NCBI GenBank assembly: GCA_046541415.1
Contig: JBKHDI010000010.1
Location: forward strand, 4,284 to 68,283
DNA from: Phycisphaerae bacterium
GTDB taxonomy: Bacteria; Planctomycetota; Phycisphaerae; SM23-33
Length of the DNA stretch: 64,000 nucleotides
Direction of reading: 5' to 3'
Shown here: positions 33,169 through 40,398 of the stretch, piece after piece
Layout: every line of letters starts with the position of its first letter
How positions within the stretch are numbered: the first letter of the stretch is position 1
Program-made: the position numbers and the translations under genes
The notes under the pieces: generated by a model
What the model was told of the DNA's origin: nothing
Database searches by the model: none
Seen by the model: the letters and a program-made list of their open reading frames with translations, nothing else

Positions 33169-33196
33169 CCAACTGCAGGACAAGATACTATAAATC

Positions 33197-33224
33197 GAAA
33201 GGCCCGCATTGCAGCGGGCCTTTC
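33197..33224. terminator. Bidirectional terminator between the BNR gene and tRNA-His
   Basis: GAAAGGCCCGC / GCGGGCCTTTC inverted repeat with T-rich flanks. Confidence 0.75.
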
Positions 33225-33245
33225 TTCGTTCCTTTTCGCCTGACG

Positions 33246-33320
33246 GGTGATCGAGGGGATTCGAACCCCCGACCCCCTGGACCACAACCAGGTGCTCTAA
33301 CCGACTGAGCTACGATCACC
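33246..33320 (-). tRNA. tRNA-His(GTG), G-1 encoded, CCA not encoded
   Basis: Minus strand GGTGATCGTAGCTCAGTCGGTTAGAGCACCTGGTTGTGGTCCAGGGGGTCGGGGGTTCGAATCCCCTCGATCACC: anticodon stem CCTGG/CCAGG, loop TTGTGGT, T-loop TTCGAAT, C73 pairing with G-1. Confidence 0.96.
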
Positions 33321-33351
33321 AGATGACTGTCGGGGGCGACAGGAACCGAAT

Positions 33352-33380
33352 ACTGTACCGCCACGTACGGGCAAAGTCAA
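33352..33380 (-). promoter_or_regulatory. Sigma70 promoter for tRNA-His
   Basis: TTGACT-N17-TACAGT about 30 bp upstream of the tRNA. Confidence 0.6.
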
Positions 33381-33617
33381 GTGCCATGCCGCCGGTTTTT
33401 GCAAGGGCCCTGCCCTTCTGGCCGTGCGGCTGCATCCTGCTCTCGCCCCGCCAGCCAGACCAGCGCCACAAGGACATCATTCGGCGCTCCGCGGGTCTCT
33501 CAGTTCCGTATCTTTCTATGAGACATTCCATTACGCTATTTTATCGGTCGCAGAATACCCCCAGGTTTCACCCCCGCGCGGGTACCTGGAGGACGGTACG
33601 CATTCAGGGCCTGGGCC

Positions 33618-34667
33618 CTACTGGCCATCGCCGAGTCCGAAGGCTGAGGCGATGCGGTCGAAGTCATCGAGGCTGTAGTATTCGATCACGATCTTGCCGC
33701 TGTGCTTGCGCCGACCAGGGTTGATCGCCACGTGCGTGCCGATCGATTCGCGGAACTGCTCTTCCATGTCGCGGATGTAGGCGGGCTTGGCTCGGCCGGG
33801 GCGGGCCTTCTCGATATCCTGGGCCTTGGCCGGCTGTTGCATGGCCGCCATCAGCTCTTCCAGCTTCCGGACGCTGAGCGATTCGGCCACTGCCTTTCGG
33901 GCCAGCTTCGCCTGCAGTTCCGGCTTGCCCGCCAGGCCCGCCAGGACCTTCGCGTGGCCGAAACTCAGAAGATCCTGCGCAACAAGCTGTTGCGCGTCGT
34001 CACACAAGTCCAGTATTCGCAGGTAATTGGCTATGGTTGCCCGCGGCTGGCCCAGCTTCTCTGCAGCGGCTGCCTGGGTCAAATCGAAGCGGTCGATGTA
34101 GTCGCGGTAGGCTTCGGCCTTCTCTACGGCGTTCAGGTCGGCCCGGTGGATGTTCTCGATCAGGGCCCATTCGAGCATCTGTTGCTGGTCGGCCTGCTTG
34201 AGCACGACGGGGACGGTCTTGAACCCAGCCAGGGTTGCGGCGCGGAGGCGGCGTTCCCCGGCGATCAGGATGAAGGGGGTGTCTGCATCGTCCTGGCCAT
34301 CGCGGCTGACCACCAGCGGCTGAAGGATCCCCTGCTGCTTGATGCTCTCTGCCAGCTCGGCCAGGGCGTCTTCGCGGAATTCTCGTCGCGGTTGGTACGG
34401 GTTCGGCCGGATCTGCTCTATGGGGACGTCCAGCGGCCTGCCTGTATCAGCAGCTGTTTTGACAGGGGTTCTCCGCTCTGTCGGCGCCGATTCGGTCGTC
34501 TCGGCCACATAATCGGCAGATGGCGCTGCTTCGGAGGCGTTTTCTCCAGCCTTGGGCGATGTCGGGCCGGCCATCAAGCTCGAAAGCCCCCTGCCCAGGC
34601 GGCGTTTGGAGGCAGGTTTGGACGACTTGGATGAACTGGTCGATTTCGACTTGGAATCTTTGGCCAT
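33618..34667 (-). CDS. parB: Chromosome partitioning protein ParB (Spo0J)
   Basis: RRLGRGL N-terminal peptide, PNPYQPRR, GILQPLVV, CTPase motif AGERRLRA, LIENIHRADL, HTH. Confidence 0.96.
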   Translation of the reverse strand: MAKDSKSKSTSSSKSSKPASKRRLGRGLSSLMAGPTSPKAGENASEAAPSADYVAETTESAPTERRTPVKTAADTGRPLDVPIEQIRPNPYQPRREFREDALAELAESIKQQGILQPLVVSRDGQDDADTPFILIAGERRLRAATLAGFKTVPVVLKQADQQQMLEWALIENIHRADLNAVEKAEAYRDYIDRFDLTQAAAAEKLGQPRATIANYLRILDLCDDAQQLVAQDLLSFGHAKVLAGLAGKPELQAKLARKAVAESLSVRKLEELMAAMQQPAKAQDIEKARPGRAKPAYIRDMEEQFRESIGTHVAINPGRRKHSGKIVIEYYSLDDFDRIASAFGLGDGQ

Positions 34668-34704
34668 GGTGCGGTTCCTTCCTTACGTGAGGCCCTGAGT
34701 CGAG

Positions 34705-34720
34705 TGTTCCACGTGGAACA
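34705..34720. other. parS site 1
   Basis: Perfect palindrome TGTTCCACGTGGAACA. Confidence 0.93.
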
Positions 34721-34822
34721 ATGGAGGATACACCACGTTCCGGGCCCATTCAAGCCCAGAGAAACGGAAACAGGCAAAATGGTATGAAATGTTTCGGCCC
34801 GCAGCGCCGCACAATCGCGCTC

Positions 34823-34838
34823 TGTTCCACGTGGAACA
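34823..34838. other. parS site 2
   Basis: Perfect palindrome TGTTCCACGTGGAACA. Confidence 0.93.
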
Positions 34839-35157
34839 TCCTCCGCGAGACGCTCAGCGTCCCAAATTCCTCAGCGCCTGGCCCACCAGATCATTCAGGC
34901 ATTGTTGGATTTCCATTGGCCTGCAGAAGTCGTCCTTGGCCCGACCAGCCGCAGGACACCTTCGAATGCAATTCAAGCGGACGCAACCTTGGCAACATCA
35001 AAGCGTCATTGACCAGACTTGTGCAGTCATCGCTACTCAACAGGGATGGCCGTTGCCCTGCAGATACAGGACCCTGGAGACCTGCAGCGGTTGGAGGAAT
35101 CAACACCCATATCGCCAGTACATGCTCCTAACATCACTTACAGGCGTACTGCGTCCC

Positions 35158-35173
35158 TGTTCCACGTGGAACA
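35158..35173. other. parS site 3
   Basis: Perfect palindrome TGTTCCACGTGGAACA, 4 bp from the asnB stop codon. Confidence 0.93.
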
Positions 35174-35176
35174 GAC

Positions 35177-37084
35177 CTACAGCTGCCCCTGATCATCGAG
35201 CCAGCGGGCCAGCACCCACAGGCTCCATAGACGATGATGGTAGTCCTGTCGGCCTGAAAGGTGGTCGTTCAGCAGCCCAACAGTCGCTTCCGGCTGAATG
35301 ATCCCCGCATTGAGAAAGGCCTCGTCCAGCAGCGTCTCCTGCAGCACCTCAGCCAGGTCCTCCCGGAACCAGCGCGCCATGGGTACGCCGAAACCGCGCT
35401 TCCTGGCCGCGACGACCTGCTCAGGCAGGTCTTCGGCAAAGGCACGGCGGAGGATCTCTTTGCCGCGCCGGCGGCTGACTTTCAGCTCCGCCGGCAGGGA
35501 AAGCCCTTGCTGCATCACCCGATGGTCCAGAAAGGGCGACCGCAACTCCAGGGAAGATGCCATTGATGAAATGTCGGCCTTGACCAGCAGATCATCCGGC
35601 AGGTAGGTCCGGATGTCGTGGACCTGGACGGCCTGCAGTTCGTCGACGGCCTCGCCGGCCGAAGCATAGACACCGCAGAACCATTCCGCCAGAAGATCCT
35701 CTTGCCAGTCGCCCAGAAAGGCAGGGCAGAATACCCGCTGCAGATCCGACCACGTAAATAGCGTTCTGTACAGCAGATACTGCATAGCAGGGGGGTTGGG
35801 CAACCCATCGGCAAAGCGGATCAGGCGGCGTAGGCGGCCTCTTTCATGGCGGCCGGCAAAGGGGACCGCCAACTTGCCCGCCAAGCGGAACAGCGCGTAT
35901 TGATGCGGCTTGAGCCTGGCGGCAATATGCATCGCCCGGTGCCTGTCGTACCCGGCGAAGGCCTCGTCGCCGCCGTCGCCGGTCAGGGCCACGGTCACGT
36001 GTTGCCGGGCGGCGCGGCAGACCTGCCAGGTGGGGATCGCGCTGGAGTCGGAGAAAGGCTCGTCGAAATGCTCTGCCGTGGCGATCAGATCGTCTCGGCA
36101 GGGGGGGCCGATCGGCAGGACCGTGTGCTCCAGGCCCAGTCGATCCGCGACCAGGCCGGCCAGCGCCGTATCGTCGTACAGCGAATCGTCGGAAAAGCTG
36201 GCTGTAAAGGAGCGTATGGTCGCGCCGGCCCCGAGGATCTCTCGCATCAGCACGGCCGTTGCGGCCGAGTCGATGCCGCCGGAGAGCAGCAGGCCAAGTG
36301 GCACGTCGGCCACCAGCCGCTGCTGCACGGCTCGACGCAATGCCCCACGCACCCCCGCTTCGGGCGTCGACAGGTCGAGGTCCGGCCGTTGTCCGGCCTC
36401 GATCTGCCAGTACGTTCGCATCTCTCCCGGCCCGCACTCGGCCCGGACCTCCAGCAAGCCGGCGGGTGGCAGCTTGGACAGGCCCTTCCAGGCAGAGCGC
36501 GGGGCAGGTACGTAACCCATTGCCATGTATAGCACTATAGACTGTTGATCCAACCTCCTGTCCACGCCCTCCCAAGCGAGCAAGGCCTTGGCCTCCGAGG
36601 CGAAGAGAACCGAACTGCCGGTGTCTGCCCACCAGAGCGGCTTCTGCCCGAGCCGATCCCGCAGGAGCGTCAGGCGGCTGTCCCGGCCGTCGTAGAGGGC
36701 CAGGGCGAACATGCCATCGACCTCGCCCACGGCTTCGGTCCCTCGCATCGCCAGCCAATGCAGCAGTACCTCTGTGTCCCCTCGTGTGTTAAACATAACA
36801 CCTGTAGCGGCAAGGGACTCCCGTAGTCTGTTAAAGTTGTAGACTTCTCCGTTAAACGCCAGTGTGTAGCGATCGTCTGGCGTGGAAGCGGGTTGGCGCG
36901 AGCCGGCCGGGTCGATCACAGCCAGGCGGCGGAAGCCGATCGCGCATCGTCCGTCGGCGCTGGCCCAGCTGGAAGATGCATCCGGCCCGCGGTGGCTGAG
37001 GCGATCGGCCATGTCATCGACAGCCCCCCGATCGGCAGGCCCGGCGGCTGGGTCGTAGACGAATTGTCCGGCGAATCCGCACAT
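35177..37084 (-). CDS. asnB: Asparagine synthase (glutamine-hydrolysing)-family amidotransferase
   Basis: N-terminal MCG (Ntn Cys), HRGPD, FNGEVYN, RDRLGQKPL, LSGGIDS, LTGDGGDE, ELRSPFLD, KRGF. Confidence 0.92.
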   Translation of the reverse strand: MCGFAGQFVYDPAAGPADRGAVDDMADRLSHRGPDASSSWASADGRCAIGFRRLAVIDPAGSRQPASTPDDRYTLAFNGEVYNFNRLRESLAATGVMFNTRGDTEVLLHWLAMRGTEAVGEVDGMFALALYDGRDSRLTLLRDRLGQKPLWWADTGSSVLFASEAKALLAWEGVDRRLDQQSIVLYMAMGYVPAPRSAWKGLSKLPPAGLLEVRAECGPGEMRTYWQIEAGQRPDLDLSTPEAGVRGALRRAVQQRLVADVPLGLLLSGGIDSAATAVLMREILGAGATIRSFTASFSDDSLYDDTALAGLVADRLGLEHTVLPIGPPCRDDLIATAEHFDEPFSDSSAIPTWQVCRAARQHVTVALTGDGGDEAFAGYDRHRAMHIAARLKPHQYALFRLAGKLAVPFAGRHERGRLRRLIRFADGLPNPPAMQYLLYRTLFTWSDLQRVFCPAFLGDWQEDLLAEWFCGVYASAGEAVDELQAVQVHDIRTYLPDDLLVKADISSMASSLELRSPFLDHRVMQQGLSLPAELKVSRRRGKEILRRAFAEDLPEQVVAARKRGFGVPMARWFREDLAEVLQETLLDEAFLNAGIIQPEATVGLLNDHLSGRQDYHHRLWSLWVLARWLDDQGQL

Positions 37085-37220
37085 CGCTGACATTGTACCC
37101 CCGCACCAGGCCGGGGCGGTAGCAGCAAACTGGTAGACGCCCAGCCGATACGGTGTACAATGGGGATATCCGCTACAGGCAGCGCGGAGCAACGCTTTCA
37201 TTCCGCCTGGAGGAGCCGGC

Positions 37221-37703
37221 ATGGCAGAAATTGATACGGAATTGAATTCGCTGGAAGGCATCTGGCCGTTGCAGGCGGAGCTGAACCGCAAGGTCGGCAT
37301 CGACACGGCGGCGATGGGGGACCTGCTGCGTTCGAAGGAGGCCAAGGGCCAGCTCGATCAGGGCAGCGACGTGCTGCTGAAGATCGGACGGGCGCTGAAG
37401 AACTACATCGACGCGATGCAGGCAGAGTGTCACGAGCTCCAGGAGTGTCTCTCCTGGAAGCACTGGTACGCCGAGGCCCGCGAGGGCAGGCAGTACGAAT
37501 TGCAGGATCTGCAGAACGCCCGGGTCGAGGCGACGGACATGCTGTTCTTCTGGATCAGCATCTGCCAGTTGCTCGGCCTGCGGCCGCAGGACATTTACCG
37601 CTTGTATGCACAGAAGTTAGGCATCAACCACAAGCGTCGCGACGAGAACCGCTCCCAGGCCGCCCACGGCGATTACGAGTCGGAGAACCGCGACGTAAGG
37701 TAG
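37221..37703 (+). CDS. Dimeric (all-alpha) dUTPase / NTP pyrophosphatase
   Basis: ECHEL, WKHW, EATDMLFF and YxxKxxxNxxR motifs of the dUTPase_2 family; GGAGG RBS. Confidence 0.8.
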   Translation: MAEIDTELNSLEGIWPLQAELNRKVGIDTAAMGDLLRSKEAKGQLDQGSDVLLKIGRALKNYIDAMQAECHELQECLSWKHWYAEAREGRQYELQDLQNARVEATDMLFFWISICQLLGLRPQDIYRLYAQKLGINHKRRDENRSQAAHGDYESENRDVR

Positions 37704-37969
37704 GGGGGCAAGGCGATGGAATCGAGATCGACGCGCTGCAGTGTCGTCAATTATCTGGCCGTTGGTCGCGTTGGGCCTGGCCGGCTGGGCTTGCGGGCAA
37801 ATCTCCGGTCAGAAAGAGACTCGTATTCTGGCTGACCTACATCGCACTGATCGTTGAAGTGTTCATCCTGTCCGGCCTGGCCAGAGGCCTGCGCTGAAGG
37901 CGGATGGCTCGGGCAACCCCGGGTTTGACACTTCTTCCTGAAACGTATAACTACTTATGAAACCATACG

Positions 37970-40261
37970 TTAGTTGTCTTGTTCTTCCAGTTTGGCCTGA
38001 ATGGTCTGCGGTTCGAGTCCGGCGGCGTGGAAGACGAGGTTGCGGGCGAGCCGGTAGGCCGAGTCGGGATGGTACCCGCTGACATCGAAGCATTCGTAGC
38101 CCAGCAGGGCGGCGGTGATGTCATCTCGGCTGATGAAGATGTTGGTGTTCATCATCGGCATGCCCAGCAGCTGGGGCGTGGTGACGTTGTGGAATTTCCG
38201 GCGTGCGGTGCCCCGGAAGGTGATATCGGTCAGCTTCCACTGGCCGAGGTTGTACACAGCATGGCCGGCCGGGAGGATGTTGGCAGTGACGAAGGGGCTG
38301 TCGCTGAACCTGCGTATCAGGGTGTCTGCGGCCTGGGCGAAATCACTGTCGCCGCCGGCGGCGTCGATGAGGATCTTACCTCCCCCGGCCACGAAGGTCT
38401 TGATCGCCGCGACCTGTTCGTCGGTCAGGTTGAACTTTCCCGTTCCGGTCAGAACGGCCAGCTTGGCACCGGACTTGGGCAGATCGGTGATTTCGATCGG
38501 ATCGGGCAGTTCCAGGGCCACGCCTGTCCGCTCTGCCAGCCGGCGGCCAAAGGCCTCCCACGCCAGCGGCTCGGGGTTGTAATTGCCCGCGTATTTCAGC
38601 CGCGCGACCTTGACGGTGGCTACGGGCCGACCCTCGAAAGGCTCGGGCCAGTGGCTTACGCCCCGGTTGCGGAGTTTGGCCTTGTCGGTCTGGTAGAGGA
38701 AGATGTTGGCTGCGGTCTGCCAGGCCCACAGCCCCGCCGGGCCACGCTCCTGGGCCTGCCAGAAATACCCCAGATCCTTGGACGTGTGAATCACCAGGGG
38801 CCTGACGCCGTTGTGGATCATCTCCAGCTGGGCCCGCGCGCCGGTTGGCTGGTAGTGCAGCGTGTAGAAGGGGTGGTCGGCCGGAACGGCAGTCAGCTCG
38901 TATTCCGGGAAGATCTTCTGATAGACCTTCTTCATCGCCAGGTGGAACGCCTGGTTGTCGGATTCGTTGACCGAGAGGATCGTCCCGCCGTGTCGGACAT
39001 ACTCCCGGAGTTTCTCCAGGTGTTCGTCGGTGAACTTCGGCGCCTGGTTACCGGCGATATAGAGGAACGGCGCGTCGTGCCACTCGGTGACGGGCACGTC
39101 CAGAGGAACGATCTGCCAGTTGACGGTCCTCTCGAACTTGTCCGTCAGCCATCGGGTGAGGTTGGTCAGGTCGCGTGGGCGGTTATTCCAACGCCCCGGG
39201 TATTCCAACTTGTTGAACAGAACAGGGTTACGTCCGCGGACCAGGAAAAGCAGGTAGAAGGACGTGTTCTTGACGTCGCGGTTCTTTTTCCGCATGTCGG
39301 GGATGATGCGGATCGCCCCTTCCTTGTACCAGTCCTTCCGGCCGAAGTATTTGTACCCGCTGGCCAGGCCGATGCGTTCCACCCCGTACATGTAATAGGG
39401 GAAGCGTTTGTTTTCATCGAGGGTCTGGGCGAACTGGTCTTCGAACCACTTCATGCCGCGGCTGAGCTGGGGGGTGCCGAAGTCACCCCTGCATTCCAGG
39501 AACGCCCGGGACTGGAGGTTCTCCAGGCAGACGTAGAGGCTGGCTATGCCTGCGCTGGTCATCGTACGGGTGGAGTTGTCGTTGGAACGATCCTTGATCC
39601 GCCAGCGGCTGCCGTGCTTCTCCAGTCGGGTGTCCTTGTAGGGCCAACCCCCGTCGCGGTTCTGGGCGAGGTTCCAGTAGTCCCGGACCATTTCCCAGTA
39701 GCCCCTGGGGATCTCGACATTGGCCAGCGAGCCGGCCCAGACGCCCAGCAGCCCGTACTGGCTGTTGGAATGGTCGCCGTGGCGTTTGTCTTCCTTGTCG
39801 ACGTCATAGCCGTAACTTCCATACTCGGTGCCCTTCATCAGGGTGCGAACGTCATCCTTGAGCAGTCGGAGGAACTCGCCCTGCAGGGGCGAGCCGTTCT
39901 CGGAGGCCTGGGCGGCTGAAAGCCAGACCTGGCAGCGCATGGCCAGCGAGTAGGTCTTGGCGGTGTCGGTATTCTTGAGGTAGGTCAGGGCCTTCTGCAT
40001 CCGCGGATCTCGCGGTTTGACGCCCGTTTCGAGCATGGCATAGGCAGCCAGGGCCGTGATCCCGACAGGGTACTTTTTCATCGCGCTGGACCAGGAACCG
40101 TCCTTATCCTGCTTGTTCCAGAGGACTTCCACGCCGTTGGCGATAGCTTCTTCGACCTTCCTGTCGGAGAACTCCACGGTACGTTTGGCGCCCGAGGCGG
40201 GCCGGGCGGCCAACATCAGCAGCAGACAAGCCAGTACCAACAGCGATCGAGAACGGGGCAT
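37970..40261 (-). CDS. Secreted prenyltransferase-like alpha-barrel plus tandem DUF4159 domain protein
   Basis: Signal peptide, QDKDGSW and QNRDGGW repeats, DHSNSQYGLLG, YYMYGVERIG, two DUF4159-like units (LREYVRHGGTI, IKTFVAGGGKI). Confidence 0.72.
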   Translation of the reverse strand: MPRSRSLLVLACLLLMLAARPASGAKRTVEFSDRKVEEAIANGVEVLWNKQDKDGSWSSAMKKYPVGITALAAYAMLETGVKPRDPRMQKALTYLKNTDTAKTYSLAMRCQVWLSAAQASENGSPLQGEFLRLLKDDVRTLMKGTEYGSYGYDVDKEDKRHGDHSNSQYGLLGVWAGSLANVEIPRGYWEMVRDYWNLAQNRDGGWPYKDTRLEKHGSRWRIKDRSNDNSTRTMTSAGIASLYVCLENLQSRAFLECRGDFGTPQLSRGMKWFEDQFAQTLDENKRFPYYMYGVERIGLASGYKYFGRKDWYKEGAIRIIPDMRKKNRDVKNTSFYLLFLVRGRNPVLFNKLEYPGRWNNRPRDLTNLTRWLTDKFERTVNWQIVPLDVPVTEWHDAPFLYIAGNQAPKFTDEHLEKLREYVRHGGTILSVNESDNQAFHLAMKKVYQKIFPEYELTAVPADHPFYTLHYQPTGARAQLEMIHNGVRPLVIHTSKDLGYFWQAQERGPAGLWAWQTAANIFLYQTDKAKLRNRGVSHWPEPFEGRPVATVKVARLKYAGNYNPEPLAWEAFGRRLAERTGVALELPDPIEITDLPKSGAKLAVLTGTGKFNLTDEQVAAIKTFVAGGGKILIDAAGGDSDFAQAADTLIRRFSDSPFVTANILPAGHAVYNLGQWKLTDITFRGTARRKFHNVTTPQLLGMPMMNTNIFISRDDITAALLGYECFDVSGYHPDSAYRLARNLVFHAAGLEPQTIQAKLEEQDN

Positions 40262-40398
40262 GTGAAACTCCTGGCAGGTTAAGGCCTTGGTACCCGAGGG
40301 TCGTTCGGGGGTATACAGATTATACCCTCTTTCCGATATACGGCCAAGCGAATTGAAGGGTTCTCCGCCTCGGACAAATGCGGCAACGTCTGGGTTTC

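Noticed and set aside
31780-33320. BNR gene as an island integrated at tRNA-His
   Set aside because: No integrase and no duplicated tRNA 3' end on the far side.
34705-35173. Three identical 16-bp repeats as a possible CRISPR array
   Set aside because: Repeats are too short, spacers are irregular (102 and 319 bp), no cas genes are present, and the sequence matches the parS consensus next to parB.
36788-36798. TTATGTTTAAC (minus strand) resembling the XerD arm of dif
   Set aside because: No XerC arm at the right spacing, and the window appears origin-proximal.
37700-37760. GGGGGGC...GATCGAC resembling a tmRNA 5' end
   Set aside because: No matching 3' acceptor/T-arm or tag reading frame could be found.
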